From the NCBI GenBank assembly GCA_963717405.1, contig OY970333.1, positions 899,645 to 963,644 on the forward strand: 64,000 nt of DNA, in the 5' to 3' direction. This DNA is from an uncultured Actinomycetes bacterium (GTDB lineage Bacteria; Actinomycetota; Thermoleophilia; Gaiellales; Gaiellaceae). The position numbers were made by a program, and so were the translations under genes. This document shows, in pieces, positions 57,491 through 64,000 of the stretch. Numbering within the stretch: the stretch's first letter is position 1; the number at the start of each line of letters is the position of its first letter. A model generated the notes under the pieces. That model ran no database searches, was not told the DNA's origin, and saw only the letters and a list, made by a program, of their open reading frames with translations.

Positions 57491-58063
57491 ATGAGTCAGA
57501 CACAGAGCCAGCAGACGTCCGCGCTGGACCAGGTGCAGGACAAGGCCCAGGAGGCCAAGAGCCAGGTGGGCGGACAGATCCGCGAGCAGGTCGACAGTCG
57601 CTCGACGCAGGCCGGCGAGCAGGTGAGCTCGATCGCAGACGCGTTCAAGCGGACGGCGAGCCAGCTCCGCGAGGACGGCAAGGAGCAGCCGGCCGGCCTG
57701 CTCGAGCAGGGCGCCGAGCGCGCCGAGCAGCTCGGCGGGTATCTCCAGAGGATCGACGCGGACACGCTTGTTCACGACGTGGAGGGCTTCGGACGCCGTC
57801 GCCCGTGGGCTATGGCCGCCGGCGCGGCTGTCATCGGTTTCGCCGCGTCCAGGTTCCTGCGTGCCTCGAGCGAGCGTCGCTATCAGGCGTCGAATGGCCA
57901 GGGTGCGTACGGCGGCGAGAGCTTCGGCGACGCCACCTACCGCCGCGTCCCGTCGCCGAGCGTCTCGGCGCACTCGGACACAGGCTCCGACAAGCCCTGG
58001 CGCGGTCCGGACGCCGACCTCGGCGAGCAGGTCCGACGGTCGACCACCGGCCAGCCGTCCTAG
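57491..58063 (+). CDS. Hypothetical protein with Gln/Glu-rich N-terminal half and one C-terminal TM helix
   Basis: ATG 57491 is preceded by GAGGAGG. It is 190 aa, with 'WAMAAGAAVIGFAASRFL' as the TM helix. Confidence 0.55.
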   Translation: MSQTQSQQTSALDQVQDKAQEAKSQVGGQIREQVDSRSTQAGEQVSSIADAFKRTASQLREDGKEQPAGLLEQGAERAEQLGGYLQRIDADTLVHDVEGFGRRRPWAMAAGAAVIGFAASRFLRASSERRYQASNGQGAYGGESFGDATYRRVPSPSVSAHSDTGSDKPWRGPDADLGEQVRRSTTGQPS

Positions 58064-58073
58064 GAGGTCGAAG

Positions 58074-58490
58074 ATGACGCAGACTCAAGAAGAGCTCCGC
58101 GATCGGCCCGTCGGAGAGCTGCTCCGTCAGCTCGCTGACGAGACGACGACGCTCGTGCGACAGGAGCTCGAGCTCGCAAAGGCGGAGATGACCGAGAAGG
58201 GCAAGAAGGCGGGCCTCGGCGTCGGCATGTGGGGAGCCGCCGGGGTCGTCGGCCTCCTGGCTCTCGGCGCCCTGACCGCGGGACTCATCCTCGCGCTCGA
58301 CGGGGCGATGCCGAACTGGGCGGCTGCGCTCCTCGTGGCCGCCGTCTACGGCGCGATCGCCGCGTTCCTCTACTTCAGAGGGAAGGAGCGCGTCGAAGCC
58401 GCCGGCACACCCGTACCCGAACAAGCCATCGAGAACGTGAAGGAGGACGTGGAATGGGCCAAGACCCGAGCCAGATCAGGTCGGACATAG
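58074..58490 (+). CDS. Actinobacterial holin-X / DUF1469-like membrane protein
   Basis: ATG 58074 is preceded by AGGAGG. It is 138 aa, with 'LLRQLADETTTLVRQELELAKAEMTEKGKKAG' followed by two TM helices. Confidence 0.65.
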   Translation: MTQTQEELRDRPVGELLRQLADETTTLVRQELELAKAEMTEKGKKAGLGVGMWGAAGVVGLLALGALTAGLILALDGAMPNWAAALLVAAVYGAIAAFLYFRGKERVEAAGTPVPEQAIENVKEDVEWAKTRARSGRT

Positions 58491-58990
58491 AGGAAACGCG
58501 CGGACGCCTCGGCGAGACCGCAGAGGCGATCGGCTACAAGAGCGACGTGAAGGGCCGTGCGAGCGGCTGGGTGTCCGACAAGAAGGACGCAGTCACGTCG
58601 CGCGTGAGCGGCGCCGTCGACACCGTCACAGGCGCGGTGCCGGACGCCGAGCAGGCCAAGGGCCAGGCCCGGCGCGGCGCCAGGGTCGCCCGCGAGAACC
58701 CGATGGGGCTCGCTGTCGCGGGTGCTGCCGTGGGGTTCCTCGCGGGTCTGGCCGTTCCGTCGACGCGGATGGAGAACCAGCGCTTCGGCGAGGCGGCCGA
58801 CCAGGTCAAGGACGCCGCGAAGGAAGCTGGCCAGGAGGCCTTCGAGCGCGGCAAGACGGTCGCGCAGGAGGCAGGTCAGGCCGCGGTGGAGACCGCCAAG
58901 GAGCGCGGCAGCGAAGAGAGCGAGGAGCTCAAGTCGAGCGTGAAGGAGTCGGCCCAGGAGGTCGCTCCCACCTCGTCGGCGTCGAAGTAG
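58454..58990 (+). CDS. DUF3618-like protein
   Basis: ATG 58454 is preceded by AGGAGGA. It starts 'DPSQIRSDIEETRGRLGETAEAIGYK', typical of DUF3618, and has one central TM helix. It overlaps the previous gene by 37 nt. Confidence 0.65.
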   Translation: MGQDPSQIRSDIEETRGRLGETAEAIGYKSDVKGRASGWVSDKKDAVTSRVSGAVDTVTGAVPDAEQAKGQARRGARVARENPMGLAVAGAAVGFLAGLAVPSTRMENQRFGEAADQVKDAAKEAGQEAFERGKTVAQEAGQAAVETAKERGSEESEELKSSVKESAQEVAPTSSASK

Positions 58991-59002
58991 AGAGACGTGA
59001 GG

Positions 59003-59036
59003 CTGCGGCGGGCCGCCCACAGGGCGCCCGCCGCAG
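59003..59036 (+). terminator. Strong GC hairpin 13 nt after the DUF3618 gene stop
   Basis: CTGCGGCGGGC...GCCCGCCGCAG forms an 11-bp outer stem plus a 4-bp inner stem with an ACA loop. There is no U-tract. Confidence 0.45.
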
Positions 59037-59145
59037 GACTACCTCGCTGCCCCAGAAAGAGGAGCGTCCATACTGGGCAACGCCCCGGCTCCGCGTCGTC
59101 TGCTGACCGGCCGCCCGGCCGGGCCGCCCGACGAAAGGAGCAGCG

Positions 59146-60126
59146 ATGCAGATCGTCCTCAGTGACTTCATGAGCCTCGACGGTGTCGTCCAGGCGCCCG
59201 GCGGTCCCGAGGAGGACACGGACAACGGCTTCGCCCACGGCGGGTGGTCGATGCCGTACTTCGACCCCAAGGCGATGGGGCCCGCATTCGACGAGGCCTT
59301 GCAGTCGACCGACGCTCTCCTCTTCGGCCGCCGCACGTGGAAGGTGATGGCCGACGCCTGGCCCGGCCGCGCCGGCGACCCGTTCGCCGACCGGATGAAC
59401 GAGCTTCCGAAGTACGTCGCCTCGCGAACGCTCTCCGAGGCCGACATGACGTGGAACTCGCAGCTCCTCCCCGGCGACGACGCGATCGGCGCGATCCGTG
59501 ACCTGCGGGCTCAGGAGGGCGGCGCGGTACAGGTCATGGGCAGCTCCTCGCTCGCCCGCCAGCTCGTCGAGCACGACCTCGTCGACGAGTACAGGCTGAT
59601 GCTCGAGCCGATCCTCCTTGGCGGCGGCAAGCGTCTGTTCCCGGACGACGGTCGTGGCCGCCCGCTCGAGCTGGTCTCGACGACGACAGCCGCGACGGGC
59701 GTCCTGATCTGCACGTACCGGCCGGCCGGCGCGCCCTCGGATCCTTGTCGTCCGGCGAGCGCCGAGCGGATGCGTTCGAGCGCTTCCCCCTCCGCCTGCT
59801 CGCCGCCTCCGGCCGCGTCCGCGATGGATTGCGTGACCTCGAGGACGGAGCTGCGATACGCCTCCACCTCGTCCGCAGCCTTTGTCTCGAGGATCGACAC
59901 GGCCTCTCGAAGCGCGGCGAGCGTTTCACGCTCCAGCTCCTCGGGCTGGGTTGTCAGCGAAAAGCCCGTCCCGCGCTCCTGCGCCAGCTCGCGAACGAGC
60001 TCGCTCGAGCCCTCGCGCCGCGCCTCGGCGAGATGGCGGCCGAGCGCACCCGCCTCCTTGATCGAGTCGAAGAGGCTTCGGTCGCTCAGAGAGACGAGCA
60101 ACGCCGAGCCGGTCACCCCCTTGTGA
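59146..60126 (+). CDS. RibD C-terminal/dihydrofolate-reductase-family protein (homology ends near 59740; ORF has no stop until 60126)
   Basis: The family pattern runs 'MQIVLSDFMSLDGVVQAPGG...LLFGRRTWKVMADAW...VMGSSSLARQL...EYRLMLEPILLGGGKRLFPD...LICTYRPAG' (~195 aa). The remaining ~130 codons are antisense to the next gene. Confidence 0.65.
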   Translation: MQIVLSDFMSLDGVVQAPGGPEEDTDNGFAHGGWSMPYFDPKAMGPAFDEALQSTDALLFGRRTWKVMADAWPGRAGDPFADRMNELPKYVASRTLSEADMTWNSQLLPGDDAIGAIRDLRAQEGGAVQVMGSSSLARQLVEHDLVDEYRLMLEPILLGGGKRLFPDDGRGRPLELVSTTTAATGVLICTYRPAGAPSDPCRPASAERMRSSASPSACSPPPAASAMDCVTSRTELRYASTSSAAFVSRIDTASRSAASVSRSSSSGWVVSEKPVPRSCASSRTSSLEPSRRASARWRPSAPASLIESKRLRSLRETSNAEPVTPL

Positions 60127-60170
60127 AGCGTCTCCCACTCCTGCTCGCTGAACTCCGATTTCCCGGCCAT
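59511..60170 (-). CDS. Conserved-looking hypothetical protein (plausible coding part about 59730-60170)
   Basis: 'MAGKSEFSEQEWETLHKGVTGSALLVSLSD...' has native codon usage for ~145 aa. The tail is antisense to the DHFR-family gene, and there is no stop until 59511. Confidence 0.5.
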   Translation of the reverse strand: MAGKSEFSEQEWETLHKGVTGSALLVSLSDRSLFDSIKEAGALGRHLAEARREGSSELVRELAQERGTGFSLTTQPEELERETLAALREAVSILETKAADEVEAYRSSVLEVTQSIADAAGGGEQAEGEALERIRSALAGRQGSEGAPAGRYVQIRTPVAAVVVETSSSGRPRPSSGNRRLPPPRRIGSSISLYSSTRSCSTSWRASEELPMTCTAPPS

Positions 60171-60281
60171 CCCGCCTCCTCAGTCGCAGTTATCGGGGCG
60201 TCACCCTTCCCGAATCGGCCGCGCGGCGAACCCGCATGCCCGGAGGCTCAGGGCCGGCAACCCGCCGTCCCGTGGGGTCCT

Positions 60282-61271
60282 CTAGATCCAGTGTCGGCGC
60301 TTGAAGATGACGTACAGGGTCAAGGAGACGAGCAGCATCAGTCCGAGCGCGAAGGGGTATCCGAACCGCCACTCGAGCTCGGGCATGTGGTCGAAGTTCA
60401 TCCCGTAGATCGTCCCGACGAGCGTCGGAGCGAAGAGGATCGCGCCCCAGGCCGAGATTCTCTTCACTTGCTCGTTCTGCTGATTCGAGATCTCGCTCAA
60501 GGCCTTCGTCTCGAGCGTCAGGTTCACGCTCAGGATGTTCTGAAGGAGCGCCCGGAACCTCCGCACCTGCTCCTCGGTTCGCAGCGCGTGATCCTGGACG
60601 TCGCTTAGATAGCGACGCTCCTCGTCCCCTTGCTCGTCGCGAAGCTCGTCCATCAGGCGCGCGAGCATCGGGGGCAGCGGCTCGATCGCGCGTTCGAACT
60701 CGATGACCTCCCGCGTGAGCTCGTAAATCCGGCGCGAGACGGTGGGGCTGCCGCGGAAGACCTCGTCCTCGATCTCGTCGATGTCGTTCTCGAGGCCCTC
60801 GACCACAGGTACGTACCCGTCGACCACGTAGTCGAGAATCGCGTGGACGATGGCCGAAGCCCCGCGTAGAAGCAAGTCCGGACGAGCCTCGAGATCACGC
60901 CGAACGTGCGTCAGCGCCGGACTCTCACCATGACGGACCGTCACCACGAACGACGGCCCTGCGAACACCTCCAGCTCGGCAAAGAGGACTGTCTCCGTCG
61001 CGTCGAGGTAGCGCGCCGTACGGAGGACGAGGAAGATGCTGTCTCCGTAGCGTTCGAGCTTGGCGCGCTGGTGCGTCTTGACGGCAGCCTCGACTGCGAG
61101 CTCGTGTAGACCGAACGTGGCCGCTACGTCGGCGAACTCCTCGCTGGTCGGCTCGAACAGCCCGAGCCAGACCACTGCTCGACCGTCTCGGACGAGCTCC
61201 GGGAGGAGCGCCAGGTCACACTCCGCAGAGTCGCGGCGACTACCACGGTAGACGGAGCAGTCCTCGATCAC
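60282..61271 (-). CDS. corA: CorA-family magnesium/cobalt transporter (second paralogue)
   Basis: 329 aa with 'LVGTIYGMNFDHMPE' (GMN motif) and two C-terminal TM helices. Confidence 0.85.
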   Translation of the reverse strand: MIEDCSVYRGSRRDSAECDLALLPELVRDGRAVVWLGLFEPTSEEFADVAATFGLHELAVEAAVKTHQRAKLERYGDSIFLVLRTARYLDATETVLFAELEVFAGPSFVVTVRHGESPALTHVRRDLEARPDLLLRGASAIVHAILDYVVDGYVPVVEGLENDIDEIEDEVFRGSPTVSRRIYELTREVIEFERAIEPLPPMLARLMDELRDEQGDEERRYLSDVQDHALRTEEQVRRFRALLQNILSVNLTLETKALSEISNQQNEQVKRISAWGAILFAPTLVGTIYGMNFDHMPELEWRFGYPFALGLMLLVSLTLYVIFKRRHWI

Positions 61272-61351
61272 GAGCTCGCACCGTAATGCCTATCCAACTA
61301 GGCAAGCCTGCCGCGCGTCACGAACAACCGGCGCGAAAGTTCCCGAGACCG

Positions 61352-61963
61352 CTAACCAAATCGATGCCGCACGGCCACTCGGACTCCCTCGATCCCCAGG
61401 GCGGCTCCGATCACAAGGGCGGCGGCAGGGTCAGCCCACCACCAGCCCAGCGCCGAGTTCACTAGCAGAGCTGCGAGGGTCACACCCGCGAGCGCAGCAG
61501 CCGCGAGGGTCAGAATGCCATCGCCCCGAAGCGCCCCACTCGAAAGCCCCGACGCCACCCGCAACTTGCGCACTCCAAGCCAGGGCAAGACCGCGAGGGA
61601 GATTGCGGCCAAGACGACTCCGAACGCCGAGTCGCCCGCGTGTGAGCCGCCAATGAGAGCGCGAACAGCTTCGACCATTACGTACACGCCGATGACAACC
61701 ATCGCTACCGCAATCCACACGTGCGCACGACGTTCGAGCCTTTCCGCAGCCGACGAGTCGCGCTGCTCGGTTCTGAAGCGCCAGACAAGGACGATCGAGG
61801 CCGACGAATCGAGCAGAGCGTTGAGAGCGAAGGCAGCGAGCGCCGGGCTGCCTGCGATGACCGCGGCGACCAGAGCCGCCGCCCCAGTCGAGCCATTCCA
61901 GACAACCGTGAAGTACGAGAGGCGGAGAGCGGACTTGAGCAGCGGGAATCGGTCGCCCCCCAT
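61352..61963 (-). CDS. Cation-efflux (CDF)-like membrane protein, transmembrane domain only
   Basis: From ATG 61963 there are about six TM helices. 'GSPALAAFALNALLDSSASIVLVW' resembles the CDF TM2 region. Confidence 0.5.
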   Translation of the reverse strand: MGGDRFPLLKSALRLSYFTVVWNGSTGAAALVAAVIAGSPALAAFALNALLDSSASIVLVWRFRTEQRDSSAAERLERRAHVWIAVAMVVIGVYVMVEAVRALIGGSHAGDSAFGVVLAAISLAVLPWLGVRKLRVASGLSSGALRGDGILTLAAAALAGVTLAALLVNSALGWWWADPAAALVIGAALGIEGVRVAVRHRFG

Positions 61964-62101
61964 GGAAGCCGAGTCTAAGGCTGCTACGCCACGGGGGCGG
62001 TTAGCCCTAGCGGAAGCACTCTCGAAGAAGGGCGTCGATCCGTAGCCATTCGGACGCGTCCCTGCGGGCATGCGAGACGTGGGGCGACAGGCTCCCGTGC
62101 G

Positions 62102-62983
62102 CTAAGCGCTGCGTTGCCAGTACGCAATCGAGCGGTCGACCCAGACGGGCTCCTCGGTGATCCCTTGCTCCGCCCGGTAGTCCTCGACCGCGGCGCGGCA
62201 GTTCGGAAGCCAGTAGTCGTCGACGATCACATAGCCGCCGGGCGACAGCTTGGGATAGAGGAAGCGAAGCGCCTCCATGGTCGAGCCGTACATATCGCCG
62301 TCGAGGCGGATCAGGGAGAGCCGCTCGATCGGCGCTTCGGGAAGCGTCTCGTGGAACCACCCGACCAGGAATCGCACTCGCTCGTCGAGGAGGCCGTAGC
62401 GCTCGAAGTTCCGCTTCACGGTCTCGAGCGGAATCTCGAACCACGACTCTTCGACCCAGGAGTCGTCACCCTCGTCTTGTGGGTACAGCGTCGCGGCCGG
62501 ATGCGGGAGACCCGCGAAGGAGTCGGCCGCCCACACGACCCGCTCCTCGTCGCCGTAGGCGGCGAGTGCGCCGCGCATGAAGATTGCTGCCCCGCCGCGC
62601 CAGACGCCGGTCTCGATGAAGTCGCCTTCGACGCCGGCGTCCAGAACGTCCTCGATACACGACCGCAGGTGTGCGAGGCCTACCGGGCCGATGAGCGTCT
62701 CCGCCGTTCGGATCTGCTGTATCGGCGGGCTATCGAGAAAAGCCTCGCGCGAGTCGATCCGGCGCGCGAGCACGAGCCCGCGAGGCTCGAGCGCGCGGCG
62801 CATCGCGGCCGCGACCCGAGCCTTCAGGGATGTACCGCCCGGATCCACCGGAACGAGGTTCTCGTCAAAGAGGCTGCGCGTCAGGGCGCCCTGGAGCAGA
62901 TCAAGGTAGAGCGTTGCAGCAGCCCTATCCGCGCGTGCACCCACGAGGGCCAACCTAACGAGAAGGGAAAGACGCCGTACCAC
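62102..62983 (-). CDS. TylF/macrocin-O-methyltransferase-family SAM-dependent methyltransferase
   Basis: 293 aa with 'GDFIETGVWRGGAAIFMRG', 'RLDGDMYGSTMEAL' and 'GGYVIVDDY'. Confidence 0.85.
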   Translation of the reverse strand: MVRRLSLLVRLALVGARADRAAATLYLDLLQGALTRSLFDENLVPVDPGGTSLKARVAAAMRRALEPRGLVLARRIDSREAFLDSPPIQQIRTAETLIGPVGLAHLRSCIEDVLDAGVEGDFIETGVWRGGAAIFMRGALAAYGDEERVVWAADSFAGLPHPAATLYPQDEGDDSWVEESWFEIPLETVKRNFERYGLLDERVRFLVGWFHETLPEAPIERLSLIRLDGDMYGSTMEALRFLYPKLSPGGYVIVDDYWLPNCRAAVEDYRAEQGITEEPVWVDRSIAYWQRSA

Positions 62984-63129
62984 CTGTGGTCACCTGACGC
63001 CACCGCTCCCCGCGCGCGGCAATCGCCGCCGCTCGCCCCGTCGTGGCGCTTTGCCGTCGAGCGTCGCGCCCGCAAGCGCCACCTTCGCTCTAGGGCATCG
63101 CAGAGAGCGAGAAGGGGCCGCTCAACGAA

Positions 63130-63163
63130 GAGGGGCGGCCCTCAAGAAAGAGAGCCGCCCCTC
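63130..63163 (-). terminator. Hairpin in the 385-nt spacer between the phosphatase and methyltransferase genes
   Basis: GAGGGGCGGC-(14 nt)-GCCGCCCCTC. On the minus strand it is followed by UUCGUU. It lies about 205 nt downstream of the phosphatase stop. Confidence 0.3.
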
Positions 63164-63368
63164 GTGGTGCTGGTGATGGGTCGAGGCTGCGGCCCCCGCG
63201 ACCCAACGATTCAGGTATCGCCCGCGCCGCCCGTGGGCTCGTCCCTCGTTCGAGGGCCATTCGGGCTCAAACCGCGCCGGGTTTTGACCCTCGGTGCGGC
63301 CGGTCGCCGCCGCCTGTCGTGCGAGCCTACCGTAGTTCCGGGGCTGGGCTGAACCAGCGGTTCTTCGG

Positions 63369-64000
63369 TCAGCCGTTCTGGAGTCGCTCGCCGAGCAAGC
63401 GAGCTCTGACCCGCTCGACGTCAGCTGGAGACGCGCCTGCGTGGAGAAGGTAATGCTCGGCCGAACCATGCTCCTTCTCCACTGCCGCGACTACCTGATC
63501 GATGACGTTTCGGGGCGCAGCGTCTACGAGCCCCAACCGAGCGGCGCTACGCACGTAGTCAGCGTCAACCACCTCGGTCGCAACGCCGACGAGCCGAAGC
63601 AGCAGCGCCGCAAGGAGTCCCATTCGATCCTTACCCTGCGCGCAGTGCAGGAGCACACCCCCGCATTGGCGCTCGCCAGCAAGCTCAGCGCCTCGGCGAA
63701 GCGAGGCGCGTCAAGCTCGAGCGCCTCGAGGTACAGGGTCCGGTACTGCTCGGCAACGTCACGATCAGAGACGCGGGCAGTGAGATCGATCCGATATGCC
63801 GGGTCGCCGTCGAAGTGGTCAAACAGTGAGACCCTCGCCTGCTTGACGTCGGGATGCAGAGGAGGGTCGGCGACGCTTTCAGCGGCCGCACGCAGATCGA
63901 GGATGGTGCGGATCCCGTACTCCCAGGCGCTCCGCCAGCCGGCGTCGGTCAGATTGCGGGCGTTATCAGCGCGTATGACAGCGCCCAGTGCGGTCGTTCG
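63369..64000 (-). pseudogene. Tyrosine/serine protein phosphatase (Y_phosphatase3-like), frame broken at a C5/G5 run; runs off the right edge
   Basis: The downstream part, 'VLLHCAQGKDRMGLLAALLL', holds the CX5R active site. The upstream part, 'RADNARNLTDAGWRSAWEYGIRTILDLR...LSLLASANAG', is in another frame. The junction is the run of five C at 63658-63662. Confidence 0.7.

Noticed and set aside
62114-63352. A 412-aa plus-strand ORF spanning the TylF gene antisense and the long spacer.
   Set aside because: It is an antisense artefact with a low-complexity Arg/Pro/Gly tail and no start context.

Overview
This is a very GC-rich (about 70% G+C by eye, not computed), gene-dense chromosomal segment. 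Its synteny looks actinobacterial: mihF-gmk-rpoZ-coaBC, pdxS-pdxT-yebC...ruvCAB...recJ-relA, and clpS-DUF2017. I can support about 65 protein-coding loci and 2 tRNAs. I see no rRNA, transposase, integrase or CRISPR array. Positions 78-20315 form one uninterrupted minus-strand gene train. It carries a pyrR-pyrB-pyrC-carA-carB-pyrK-pyrD operon with a PyrR-type hairpin over its RBS, and a DUF1611/enolase-epimerase/2x M29 aminopeptidase cluster. The rest is mostly housekeeping: relA, recJ, ruvCAB, pdxST, tag, a metF fusion, uvrD-like and two corA paralogues. The most unusual content lies at 40.6-46.3 kb. There an orphan Mau-like module sits directly downstream of a 969-aa GAF-GGDEF-GAF-GAF-HD-GYP protein. 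The module has a MauE-MauD fusion, a Tat-signal Cys-rich MauA-like light-chain homologue and a 6-TM/soluble-domain fusion protein, with no MauB, MauG or amicyanin in the window. Next to it, at 46.4-49.1 kb, two convergent genes (PolX/PHP polymerase and a GAF-GGDEF protein) are broken by many frame changes and one in-frame stop. Isolated frame disruptions also occur in moxR (a compensating pair) and in a tyrosine-phosphatase gene at a C5 run. Sequence quality versus real gene decay must therefore be settled before any functional conclusion is drawn. Other items worth a look are a short stand-alone DAC-domain protein with RHR changed to RHA, a membrane-anchored tandem AAA+ ATPase, and several structured non-coding spacers. 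Many long ORFs in the supplied track are antisense or out-of-frame artefacts of the GC richness, and I did not call them.
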